The notes below the pieces were generated by a model. It ran no database searches. It had not been told where the DNA came from and was given only the letters and a program-made list of their open reading frames with translations. DNA of 64,000 bases from Zygnema circumcarinatum SAG 698-1b (lineage: Eukaryota > Plantae > Zygnematophyceae). The position numbers were made by a program, and so were the translations under genes. Shown here in pieces: positions 53,497 to 64,000 of this stretch. How positions within the stretch are numbered: the stretch's first letter is position 1; each line of letters begins with the position of its first letter. The stretch is taken from positions 186,001 through 250,000 of the forward strand of contig CM074811.1 in NCBI GenBank assembly GCA_037447605.1, written 5' to 3'.

Positions 53497-56400
53497 TGTG
53501 ATGATGATGATGCTACGGGTTGTACGGACTGTTATACGGAAGCTGTACGGATATATGTACGGACAGGTGTACGGATACTGTACGGAATATGTACGGTCGA
53601 AAGAGAGACTGCGCATGTGAGAGAGTTCAGGAAGGTCTGTGCAGGAAGAGAAGTGTCAGGCGGAGGAGAAGCGTCTGGCGATGCGTCGCAAATGTATGGT
53701 GCTCAAGAAGGAGGATTCAGAAAGGAGAATTCTGGAAGCTTAGACATTGGGTAGAAAAGAAGCGCTGCGCAGATGTAGAACACAGTGAAGAGAGAACAGG
53801 AAGAGAGAAGAGAGGATGAAGTGATCTGTAATGAGGCCTCATATGAAATAAAGAAGTGTTTATGAGTTGTGTGTTGATCTTGTGAGAACATGTGTTTTGT
53901 ATGTCAAGCTTGAATGTGTTCTCTTCTGTCACAATGTGGTATCAGAGCTGAGTGAGAGAAAGCTGGTTGATAATTTATTGAGAGAGCAAGTGAGTAAGCA
54001 AGTGAGTGATTCTGAGTGAGATCGAAAATGAGTAAGCGGAGTGATGAAGGGAAAATATTCTTCGATGGAACTAACTATGCAGCATGGGAGATATTCGCGA
54101 AGATCAAGCTGCAGAAGAAAGGATGCTGGAAAATCGTGGAAGGTACATCTGCTAAACCAGCGGCGGCAGGACCAGAGTTGGAGAAATGGCAGGAATTAGA
54201 CGATGAGGCAAAATATCAGATTGCTAGCTTAGTAGATAAGAAGCATCTTATTCTGCTAGGGGGCAAGGATACTGCGAAGGAGATGTGGGATAAGTTAAAG
54301 GAGATTTATTTGAAGAAGTCTATGGCTGTGAGAAATTCCCTCTGGACAGAATTGACGACCTTAAGTCTATCAAGGAGAGAGTCAATAGATGAGTTTATTT
54401 TAAGATTTGAAGTTCTGGTAAGACAGTATGAGGATGTAGGGGGAACTATCTCTGAGGAACAACAGGTCCATACGATCTTACGGTGTTGTGAAGAGAGAGC
54501 CTCCAGAGATGTCGGGAACATAAAAACTCAACAGTTGAGCGATGTAGAGTCAGTGAAAGCTATTTTAAGGGCAGCAGAATCTGAGCAGAACGATAAGCAG
54601 AGGTTTCAGAAGTTCATAGGTCATAGGCCTCAGACTAGTGAGGCCTTCCACAGTCAAAGCGGAGATGAGGATGGAGGAGAACAGGTGGAAGCCTACGCAG
54701 CCAACTACAGAGGCAGAGGACGTGGAGCAAGAGGGGGTGCCTTCCGTGGAGGTCCATCGTTTGGACGAGGACGCACAGGTCAGGCCCAGGCCCAGCAGGC
54801 AGCATGTTTCAATTGTGGAAAACCTGGACATCTTGCCAAGGATTGCTGGAGCAGTTCAAGGAGTTCTGGAGCAGGAAATGGTGCAGCTACCGGAAGAGGC
54901 GTTTGGAGAGGCGATAGTGGACAGAATGAAGACACAAGAGGAGAAGGATGTTTTGTGTGTGGAAAGCCAGGTCATTTTGCTCGGGATTGCTTTCATAAAC
55001 CGCAAGGTAGAGGAAGAGGCGGCTATGGTAGAAGAGGCGGCATTAGAGGACTTGCAGCTTCAGTGAGAAATCTTCAAGGAGGTGCAGAGGAAGATGAGGA
55101 GTCAGCTTATCGTTTGGAGGAGAAGGAGCAACGTGCAGATTGGATAGTGGATAGTGGCGCATCACATCATATTTGTGCAAATAGAGACGAATTTGTGGAG
55201 ATGAGGAAATTGGCAGTTCCAAAGATCCTTCGGACAGCCAATGGAGGAGAGGAGATCGTGGATGAAGTCGGGACAGTGAAGCTGAATTTGATGATGCGAC
55301 CACAACAAGAGGAAGTACTCGTTTCAGAGGTCATGTATGCTCCAAGCCTTGAAAAGAACCTAATGTCAGTGAGGCAGCTTGCTAGAAATGGCATGAATGT
55401 TAATTTCTTTGGAGATAGATGCATAGTGAGAATGCCAAATGGGCACTTGGCTTTGGAGGCATATGATGATGGGAATCTCTACAGAGTTAGATGTGCAAGA
55501 GGCAAGAAAGGAAGGAATTTTATAGAGTCACATGTGTTGAGAGCATACGCTGCAGATGCTGATTTATGGCACAGGAGGTTAGGCCATCTCAGTTGGAGGT
55601 CGTTAGTAGCAATGAGTAAGAAGGAGATGGTGGCAGGATTGGAGGCTTTGAGCAGTAAGGAAATGCAGCATAGTTGTAAAGGATGTGAGGAAGGGAAACT
55701 AAAGCAGAAAGCATTAAAGCGGCTGGATGAGACCATTCGAACAAGGAAACGATTGGAGCTTGTGCACATGGATGTGTGCGCATCAGATGTAGAGAGCATT
55801 GGCGGCAATCATTATTTCCTTACTATTGTTGATGACTACAGCAGGAAAGTTTGGGTGCGGATGATCCGGCATAAGCATGAAGTCTTCAAAGCTTTTCTGG
55901 GCTGGAAAGCAATGGTGGAGAGAGAGAGTGGAGAGTTAGTGAAAAGGATAAAGACTGACAATGGGGGCGAATTCAAAAACAGGAGTTTTGAACAGATGTG
56001 TGCAGAGACAGGTATAAGGCAGGCATTCACTGCCCCTTATACACCGCAGCAAAATGGAGTTGCAGAGAGGATGAACAAGTCCCTCATGGACATTGCAAGG
56101 TGCAACCTGGTGGAGAGTAATCTTCCAGAAAACCTCTGGGCTGAAGCAGTCACTGCAGCAGCCTACATCAAGAACAGGAGCTACAACTCTTTGCTGAAGG
56201 AGCAGACTCCACAAGAAAGGTGGGCAGGTTCAAAGCCCAATATTTCTCATCTTAGAGTGTGGGGGAGTAGGTGTACTGTTTGGATCCCTCAACATCAGAG
56301 AAGTTGGAAGATGGCAGCTAGAGGGAGAACAGGTTTTATGGTTGGCTATAGCCGGGACAGTTACCAGTACAGGATTTATGACCCTCAGATGCAGCAGGTT

Positions 56401-58807
56401 ATCACGAGCAGAAATGTGCAGTTCTATGAGGATGAGTATATTCAGAAGGAGGACAGGCAGCAGCCAAGGAGATTCAGTTATCAGCCCGCAGATGATAGTG
56501 ATGAGGAGGACACAGATGAGAGTGATGATGAAGAGACACCAAGGAAGTCAGCAAGGAAGGAGACAAGACCAGTGGAGACAGCGCAGGAGGAGCAGCCTCA
56601 AAGGGAGACAAGAGGAGATTCCAGCGCAACAGAATTGAGGAGATCAGAGAGACCAAAGAAGCCGGTAGTGAAGTTGACATCAGACAGAATTGGAGAACTA
56701 CATATGGCTGAGGAGAAGAAAGGAGGGAGACATAGACTTTCAATTGGGACAATTTACTGCAATCAGGTGGTAATTGGAGAACCACAGAGTTATCAAGAAG
56801 CTTTGGAAGGAGAAGATGGAGAGAAGTGGAAAGGAGCAATAGATAGTGAGTGGAACAGCTTGTTGGAGAACAAAACTTGGACTTTGGAGGAGTTGCCAGA
56901 AGGGAGGACAGCAATTGGCGCTAAATGGGTGTTCAAGAAGAAGCTGAAGGCAGATGGCAGCATTGAAAGGTACAAGGCTAGATTAGTTGCAAAAGGATAT
57001 AGTCAGATTGAAGGGATTGATTTCACAGAGACTTTTGCTCCAGTTGTGAAGATAGAGAGCTTGAGGAGCATGTTAGCTATTGCAGCTGAGAAAGGATGGC
57101 ACATTCATCAGATGGATGTGAAGACAGCCTTTCTGAATGGAGAATTAGAGGAGGAGATATTCATGGAGCAGCCAGAAGGAAAGGTGGAGCCAGGAAAGGA
57201 AAATTTAGTTTGCAGGTTGAAGAAATCCATCTATGGACTGAAGCAAGCTCCAAGGCTTTGGTATGAGAAGCTTCATCAAGTGTTGTTGAAGGAGCAATGT
57301 GAGAGGTTTGATTCAGATCATTCAGTTTACAGAAGAGGAGTTGGTGAGAAAATGGTTGTTATTGGTGTGTATGTGGATGACTTGGTCATTGCTGGACCAA
57401 GCTTGCAAGAAATCAAGAAGCTGAAGAAGACTTTGATGAGACACTTTAAAATGTCTGACTTAGGGGAAGCTGAATACATTCTCGGTATCCAGATTCAGAG
57501 GGGGACAGATGGATCTATATTTATGAATCAGAGGAAGTACATGGGGGAGATCTTGGAGAAATTCGAAATGAAGGATGCTAAACCAGTGAGTACCCCATTA
57601 GATGTGAGTGTGAAGTTGACAAGTGAAATGTGTCCCAGGACTGAGAGAGAAAGGGAGTACATGAAGGGGGTCCCTTATAGATCAGCAGTAGGAAGTCTGA
57701 TGTATCTCATGACTTCTACCAGACCAGATCTTGCAGCGGCTGTTGGAATGCTGAGCAGGTTTCTGAATGACCCAAGAAAGGCGCATTGGGAAGCAGTGAA
57801 GAGAGTCATGCGCTATGTGAAGGGGACTTTGGATACAGGATTGAAGTTCCAGAAGATTGAAGGAGAGCCAACAGTGATTGGCTATTGTGATTCAGATTGG
57901 GGAGGATGTGTTGATACAGGCAGAAGCACCAGTGGATATATCTTTGTTTGTGCAGGAGTAGCAATTTCATGGAACAGCAAACTCCAGGAGTGTGTGGCGT
58001 TGAGCAGTGCAGAAGCTGAGTACATGGCGGCGTGTCATGCAGCAAAAGAAGCTAAGTGGCTGCAGCAGTTGTTTGCAGAGTTGAAGGAACCGCAACCAAA
58101 GTTATTAATGTGGAGTGATAGTCAAAGTTGCATTGCTTTAGTTAAGAACCCAGTTTATCACAAGAGGACAAAGCATATAGATTTGAAGTATCATTTCATT
58201 CGTGAGTTAGTGACCAAGAAGGAGATTGAGCTGAAATATGTTCATACGACTGAGCAGGCAGCTGATATGATGACTAAGGCAGGGACAGGACCAATGATTG
58301 GTAGATGTTGCAGGCTTGTAGGATTGATGAGTGCTTGAGTTGTCCAACCCTTGCATCAAGAGGGGGAATTGTGATAGATGATGATGCTGCGGGTTGTACG
58401 GACTGTTGTACGGAAGCTGTACGGATATATGTACGGACAAGTGTACGGATACTGTACGGAATGTGTACGGGCGAAAGGGAGACTGCGCGTGTGAGAGAGT
58501 TCAGGAAGGTCTGTGCAGGAAGAGAAGTGTCAGGCGGAGGAGAAGCGTCTGGCGAAGCGTCGCAAATGTATGGTGCTCAGGAAGGAGGATTCAGAAAGGA
58601 GAATTCTGGAAGCTTAGACATTGGGTAGAAAAGAAGCGCTGCGCAGATGTAGAATACAGTGAAGAGAGAACAGGAAGAGAGAAGAGAGGATGAAGTGATC
58701 TGTAATGAGGCCTCATATGAAATAAAGAAGTGTTTATGAGTTGTGTGTTGATCTTGTGAGAACATGTGTTTTGTATGTCAAGCTTGAATGTGTTCTCTTC
58801 TGTCACA
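53497..58807 (+). mobile_element. Ty1/copia LTR retrotransposon family B, full length, recombinant
   Basis: LTRs 53497-53933 and 58370-58807; PBS TGGTATCAGAGC at 53937-53948; PPT AAGAGGGGGAA at 58358-58368; flanks AAATG and ATCCC do not match. Confidence 0.95.
54028..58338 (+). CDS. Intact copia gag-pol polyprotein (1436 aa)
   Basis: Single ORF with gag, two CCHC knuckles, protease 'WIVDSGASHH', integrase 'TDNGGEF..QNGVAER', RT 'YVDD' and RNase H 'YCDSDWGG..WSDSQS'. Confidence 0.95.
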   Translation: MSKRSDEGKIFFDGTNYAAWEIFAKIKLQKKGCWKIVEGTSAKPAAAGPELEKWQELDDEAKYQIASLVDKKHLILLGGKDTAKEMWDKLKEIYLKKSMAVRNSLWTELTTLSLSRRESIDEFILRFEVLVRQYEDVGGTISEEQQVHTILRCCEERASRDVGNIKTQQLSDVESVKAILRAAESEQNDKQRFQKFIGHRPQTSEAFHSQSGDEDGGEQVEAYAANYRGRGRGARGGAFRGGPSFGRGRTGQAQAQQAACFNCGKPGHLAKDCWSSSRSSGAGNGAATGRGVWRGDSGQNEDTRGEGCFVCGKPGHFARDCFHKPQGRGRGGYGRRGGIRGLAASVRNLQGGAEEDEESAYRLEEKEQRADWIVDSGASHHICANRDEFVEMRKLAVPKILRTANGGEEIVDEVGTVKLNLMMRPQQEEVLVSEVMYAPSLEKNLMSVRQLARNGMNVNFFGDRCIVRMPNGHLALEAYDDGNLYRVRCARGKKGRNFIESHVLRAYAADADLWHRRLGHLSWRSLVAMSKKEMVAGLEALSSKEMQHSCKGCEEGKLKQKALKRLDETIRTRKRLELVHMDVCASDVESIGGNHYFLTIVDDYSRKVWVRMIRHKHEVFKAFLGWKAMVERESGELVKRIKTDNGGEFKNRSFEQMCAETGIRQAFTAPYTPQQNGVAERMNKSLMDIARCNLVESNLPENLWAEAVTAAAYIKNRSYNSLLKEQTPQERWAGSKPNISHLRVWGSRCTVWIPQHQRSWKMAARGRTGFMVGYSRDSYQYRIYDPQMQQVITSRNVQFYEDEYIQKEDRQQPRRFSYQPADDSDEEDTDESDDEETPRKSARKETRPVETAQEEQPQRETRGDSSATELRRSERPKKPVVKLTSDRIGELHMAEEKKGGRHRLSIGTIYCNQVVIGEPQSYQEALEGEDGEKWKGAIDSEWNSLLENKTWTLEELPEGRTAIGAKWVFKKKLKADGSIERYKARLVAKGYSQIEGIDFTETFAPVVKIESLRSMLAIAAEKGWHIHQMDVKTAFLNGELEEEIFMEQPEGKVEPGKENLVCRLKKSIYGLKQAPRLWYEKLHQVLLKEQCERFDSDHSVYRRGVGEKMVVIGVYVDDLVIAGPSLQEIKKLKKTLMRHFKMSDLGEAEYILGIQIQRGTDGSIFMNQRKYMGEILEKFEMKDAKPVSTPLDVSVKLTSEMCPRTEREREYMKGVPYRSAVGSLMYLMTSTRPDLAAAVGMLSRFLNDPRKAHWEAVKRVMRYVKGTLDTGLKFQKIEGEPTVIGYCDSDWGGCVDTGRSTSGYIFVCAGVAISWNSKLQECVALSSAEAEYMAACHAAKEAKWLQQLFAELKEPQPKLLMWSDSQSCIALVKNPVYHKRTKHIDLKYHFIRELVTKKEIELKYVHTTEQAADMMTKAGTGPMIGRCCRLVGLMSA

Positions 58808-58937
58808 ATCCCCACAGCGACGGTACTTCCAGACCACTCACCGGCTGGACGGAGCTGGCTCCTCCGATCTGGATGGTGCTCGCCTGGGCGGCGGCGGCGG
58901 AGAGGAGGACGACGGCGGCGAACACAAGGGCGGCCAT
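58808..58937 (-). pseudogene. PstS-like copy 8: exon 1 (58937-58842) plus 5' part of intron, cut at the LTR; promoter extends to ~60100
   Basis: MAALVFAAVVLLSAAAAQASTIQIGGASSVQP|GTGAGT...GTGGGGAT joined to the LTR end. Confidence 0.88.
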
Positions 58938-60119
58938 GGCTCCTGAGTGAGTAGGCGGCAGAGGAGTGGGAGTAGTGGGAGCGGTGAGTGCTTGAGTGCT
59001 GACCACTCGGCGCTCTGCGGCCGTTTTATAGCGACCGCCGCCGCCAGCCGCCCGCCCGGCGGGGCCCGCCACCGCCGCGTACGGATTGTGATCTAGGGCT
59101 AGGGCGGGGCAGATCTAGGGCGGGGCCGCGGCCGCCAGAAGCGGCCTCGCGGCATCTTCGCTGCCCGCGCCGCGACAAAAACAAATGCTCCGCCCGCGGC
59201 CTTCGCGCCTCACGGCGGCATCTTTCGCGGGGCGGCGGGCGGCGCGCTTGGGCGAGGCGGGGCCGGCCACCGACGAAACGATTTGGACCGCATGTGACAG
59301 GAATGCGACAGACCGGAAGCCGTCGATCTCTCCCGAGACAAGGATCGGACGCTCACGATTCTCGTTTGAAACGTTTCCTGCCCGCAAAATAGTTTTTCGG
59401 GTTCCGGCCGGCAGCTGTCGTGTTCGTGCGGACCGCACGTAGAGCGGTCCGTAGCCGTACGCGCAATCGGCCACAGAGATGCGACGCCGCCCCTACGGAC
59501 AAGGAACGCCGCGGGGTCGCCGTTCGCCCGCCCGAGCTCACGTACGGTCCCGAGCGCCGCCCCGGGATGGCGCCGCGGCCAGAGCGGGCCAGGGCCAGAC
59601 CCGCCCGCGGATGGCATCTCCGCCCGCGAGATGCCGCGGAGCGGCGGAAAGATGCGGACAGCGACGGCGCGGATACGACAGGTTGCGCCGCTTAAACGCT
59701 CGCGGTCCGACACGTATCACGTTGGACCCGCCGCAACATGCGCGGCACGAGTTCAGCGTGCCCGACAGGGCCGCCAAGTGGTGTGACATCCTGTCACGGC
59801 TCGCTTGCCACGTTGCAGGGCTTCCGGATGCATGCTAGGGAGAGGGGGAGGCGGGGGCGGCGTGACACATGTCATGCGACGGGGACGGAAGGTACACTGC
59901 GGCGGAGGTCGCGGCGCGCGGGCAATGAGAGGGCGAGGGCGGGAGGGGGGGGGGCCGGAGTGAATTTGGAAATACAAAACTAAAAACCAAGCTGCTGGCA
60001 TGTTGGGTTTTGTTGTATGGAATAGGACAGTGTGAACGGATCCAATTCTTTTCTTTTTGCAGCAGATCTAGACTTGGGGTTTCTCGAGAGAGAAGGGTGA
60101 GGGGTTTCGGAAAGAAGTG

Positions 60120-60630
60120 AGGGACAAATGAGAGGGGGGAGGTGGCAGGGTTGGCGGGGGGGAGAGGTGGGAAAGAGAGCGGGATATGGGGCAAGGCTGG
60201 CGGGAGGGAGAGGTTGGAAAGAGAGAGCGGGCGGGGGGGGGGAGGGCAGGGGTGCCGGGAGGGAGAAGTGGGAAAGAGAGCGCGGGAGGGGGGGAAGGGG
60301 TGGCGGGAGGGAGAGTTTGGAAAGAGTGAGCGGGAGGGGGGACAGGGGTGGCGGGAGGGAGTGGTTGGAAAGAGAGAGCAGGAGGGGGGACAGGGGTGGC
60401 GGGAGGGAGTGGTTGGAAAGAGATTGCGAGAGGGGGGGCAGGGGTGCAAAGAGGGAGAGGTTGGAAAGAGAGAGAGGGAGGGGGGGCAGGGGTGGCAGGA
60501 TCGAGTGGTTGGAAAGAGAGAGCGGGATGGGGGGAAGGGATGGCGGAGGAAGTGGTTGGAAAAAGAGAGCGGGAGGGAGGGCAGGGATGGTGGGAGGGAG
60601 AGGTGGGAAAGAGAGAGCGGGATCGAGTGG
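60120..60630. repeat. ~48-bp G-rich minisatellite
   Basis: GTGGCGGGAGGGAG..TTGGAAAGAG.. recurs at 60300, 60348 and 60396. Confidence 0.8.
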
Positions 60631-61334
60631 GAGTTGCAAAATCAAGTACGTGATGATTGGTAACTGAACAAAGACAGCAATGCTGAGGGCCGCCAAACAC
60701 ATCAAACACTTGCCTGCACTAGGGAAAATACAAAGAGCACAGAACAGAAGTTGAGCAGAAGAGCACAGAACTAATCATCTACATATATATACATTTTGAA
60801 GTCAGTAATAAACTCTGAAAAACGTTCTCCCTCCCTTGCTTCACTCTCGCCCTTCATTGCCACTCTCTCTGGAGAGACACAGGAAATGCATCTGTACATA
60901 TGAAACATCATCGACAAGCCTACCACTCCGCATATTTTGAAATAAACATGCAAGTAAACCTAATGACAAAGAGGCAGCAGCAGGTTCAAGATAAGGAGTA
61001 CAGAGCAGCTGCGTACGTGCTACCATTCGTCTGAATGAAATTTTTGATTCAGATAAAGGTGGGAAGAGGCATACAAGATAGGCGTCGAAGTTAACCAAAA
61101 CCAGTGGAAAGTACCAATACACCAATAAATGAGGAAGACCAACAAAAATGTGTTCTTAGTGAAGAAAGGTCCACAAATGTTTGCCAGCCACATTTGATTA
61201 CCGTACTGCATATCATCTATCAAAATTGCAGCGGATCTGGCATTTCTTTTCCCACCCTATGCCATGTTCACCTATTTTTGCAAAAATACAAACTTAAAGA
61301 ATTTGGCGAATATGTTCTAACGACGTTGCCTGCT

Positions 61335-62390
61335 CTAACCGCTGATGGTCTTGCCTCAAGGGCGACACCGGGCGCCGCGTACTTGGGAGGGGCGCCATGC
61401 CGCGGGCTTCATGAGGTTCTGCACGGTCGCGGTCATGGTGAACTTCACCCACGCCTGCACGATGGAGCTGATGGCGGGGTTGTTGTACGACTTGCGGGCG
61501 AACATGTAGATGATGGAGCCGATGGGGTACGTGGTGGGGCCGGGCTTGTTCAGGAGGCTCACTCCGCTCCACACCGCGCTGTCGTACGTAGGGATGGGGT
61601 TGGGCATGAGCGCGGAGAGGTCCGTGGCGAGGTTCGTGGAGACGAACGCGCGGGCGGCGTTGTTCACAGCCACCACGGGGACGCCGTTCAGGGTGCGGAG
61701 CCCGCTCTGGAGGTACCCGATCCTGTTGGAGTCCCCTTGCAGCGCGGCAATCATGCCGCCTGACTTAAGGACGTAGGTGATCTTAGAAGACACTCCGGAT
61801 TGGCCGTTCCAGCTGTCGGTTGTGGTGAACGGCCAGGAAGCGACCTGAGTCTTCTGCCACTTTCCGATCACCTCGGTGGTGCCGGAGCCGTCAGAGCGGG
61901 CCACGGGCAGCACGTTTCCGGTGGCCTTGGCGACGTAGGTGGACCAGGGAATGTAGGAGTCGGAGGTGTAGATGTTGTACAGCTGGGAGCCGGTGAAGCG
62001 GAGGGTGGAAGAGCCCTTCTTCATGGTGCAGAAGGAGTNNNNNNNNNNGCGACCTCGTACACCCTGTTAATGAAAGCAGTCTGGCCGGCGCCGGAGCCGA
62101 CGGAGAGGTAATCTCCGATGGAGCCCTGGCCGAGGCCGGCAATGTTTGCAGCCAAGTCGGTGGCCTTCTGCACAATCTGCAGAGAGAACACGAATTGACA
62201 GAAACGCTCAGTATAACGCGGAGACCACGTCAACCGGAACCCAGCGATGTGGTGGAAATAATCCCCACCGCGGCGGTACTTCCAGACCACTCACCGGCTG
62301 GACGGAGCTGGCTCCTCGGATCTGGATGGTGCTCGCCTGGGCGGCGGCGGCGGAGAGGAGGATGACGGTGGTGAACACAAGGGCGGCCAT
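61335..62390 (-). pseudogene. PstS-like copy 9 (exons 62390-62295, 62176-61335); C-terminal indels and N gap; possibly a pseudogene
   Basis: Signal peptide and intron present; GGAS changed to RGAS; deletions near 61350-61400 disrupt the C-terminus (could be sequencing error). Confidence 0.75.
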
Positions 62391-62551
62391 GGCTCCTGAG
62401 TGAGTAGGCGGCAGAGGAGGAGTGGGAGTAGTGGGAGCGGTGAGTGCTTGAGTGCTGACCTCTCAGCGCGCTGCGGCCGTTTTATAGCGACTGCCGCCGC
62501 CAGCCGCCCGCCCGGCGGGGCCCGCCATCGCCGCCTGACGGGCCTCCCCGC

Positions 62552-64000
62552 TGTTGAGAATCCGACATTCTCAGTTTTGTCGTACTATTTTGTCGTTTTC
62601 CCAGCCACGTGTACTTACACCTGGCTGTCCTTTTAGCTTGTACTTTCTCTGTTAGTTTAGTTGTGCTTTTGCGGCTCTGTGCTTACACCTAGCCGCCCTT
62701 ACTCAGGCTAGTTCCACACTCTTTTGTCGTGTAGCTCTAGCCGCAATGTATATAAAACAGATTAGGACATTGTACTTTTTACCACGTTAATCACACATCT
62801 GTTTTTGTGTCAACTCTCTCTGTCCTCACTTTTGATCGTACAATGTCCACTCCGTCTTTTTCAATAGGTTATGGGCCCACTCATGCCTCAAATGCGCTTG
62901 AAAAATTTGATGGGACAAACTGGCACGACTGGAAGTTTCAGTGCTTGCAGCTTTTTGAGGAAGAGAATCTGTGGTCTGTCGTTATTGGTCTAGAGACCTG
63001 TCCTTTGCCACTTCCCTCCACCGCCGACGCGGCCGCCTTGGCTGCACGCGCGAAGGAGATCGCCGATTGGACAAAACGCGACAAGAAGGCGTTTCTCCGC
63101 ATCACACTCGGCATTCAGCGCAGTCTCATCGGACACGTCCGTGACGCCACCAGCTCCCACGACGCTTGGACTCTTCTGACCAATGCGTACGAACCTCGGA
63201 AGTGGTCTCACAAACTCCGTTTGCGGCGTGCCTTCACTAACTGCGTAAAGGAATCCTCTGAAACCATGCTGACATATACTGACCGCGTCAAATCCTTTGC
63301 TAGACGGCTTCGCAGCATTGATTGCGTAGTTCATGATGATGAGATCATCTGTAATCTTTTAGGCGGGCTGCCCGACTCTTTCCGGTCCTTCATCTCGTCC
63401 ATTGATGCTGCCTCGATCTCACTAACCGTCGCTGATCTGACCGACCTTCTTTTGAACGAGGAGGAAAAAGATTCCACCCCCTCCAGATCCTCCCACGCGT
63501 CCGCGCTTTTCGGATCTGGTCCTCCACCGCCCAAGTCTCCTGGCGCCCTCTTTTGTCGGTATTGCAANNNNNNNNNNCCTTTCTGGCCGCGGACCCTTTT
63601 GGGTATGACCCTTCTCTCCCTGACTCCACTTGGCTTATTGACTCGGGTGCCTCCCATCATCTAACTTTTCGTCGTGACTGGTTCTCTCGGCTCTCTCCCC
63701 TCCCTCTCCCCATGACCATTTTCTTAGGGGATAACCGCTCCTTGACTGCCACGCATGTCGGCCAGGTTTCCACTCTAATTGACGGCCAGCGCTTCATCAT
63801 CGATGACGTCTACCTGGTGGATGGCCTCGCGAAGAATCTGTTTTCAGTAGCCTCCATCCTGATTTTAGGCATTTCAGCTCTTTTTAGGCCAGACGGGGTT
63901 ACTTTCTTCACCCCAGACGCTGTAGTTGGGCACGGCCGCAAAACCGGCCGCTTGTTTTCCCTTACATCTTTTGCAGCCTCCCTTGGGCACGCCCATGCTC
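62552..64000 (+). mobile_element. Ty1/copia element family D (half-tRNA-primed, hemivirus-like), truncated by the window end
   Basis: 5' LTR ~62552-62866 (TGTTG...CAATA); PBS GGTTATGGGCCCAC at 62867-62880; gag 'KFDGTNWHDWK' from ATG 62843; protease 'WLIDSGASHH' at ~63632. Confidence 0.85.

Noticed and set aside
52049-53933. PstS captured (transduced) inside an LTR element
   Set aside because: The flanking LTRs are in opposite orientation, and the TSD pattern fits inversion plus deletion rather than a mobile LTR-PstS-LTR unit.

Overview
Eukaryotic, plant-like genomic DNA, most likely a streptophyte green alga or early-diverging plant; this is inferred from gene content, spliceosomal introns and primer-binding sites (PBS) matching plant tRNA-iMet. 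It contains several 10-N scaffold gaps. The first ~19 kb holds four ordinary multi-exon genes: a PHD/PZP-finger chromatin protein, MPP10, CNOT11 and an inositol polyphosphate multikinase (IPK2/IPMK). The ~21-62 kb region is an array of at least 9 copies or fragments of one intron-containing, signal-peptide-bearing gene encoding a bacterial-type PstS phosphate-binding protein with the phosphate-ligand motifs intact; 2-3 copies look intact. Their GC-rich promoters carry dense clusters of a P1BS-like motif (GNATCTNC, core AGATGC). Four families of LTR retrotransposon (three clearly Ty1/copia) have repeatedly inserted into the array. Swapped target-site duplications (TSDs) and LTR SNPs record a retrotransposon-mediated inversion followed by tandem amplification of PstS segments.
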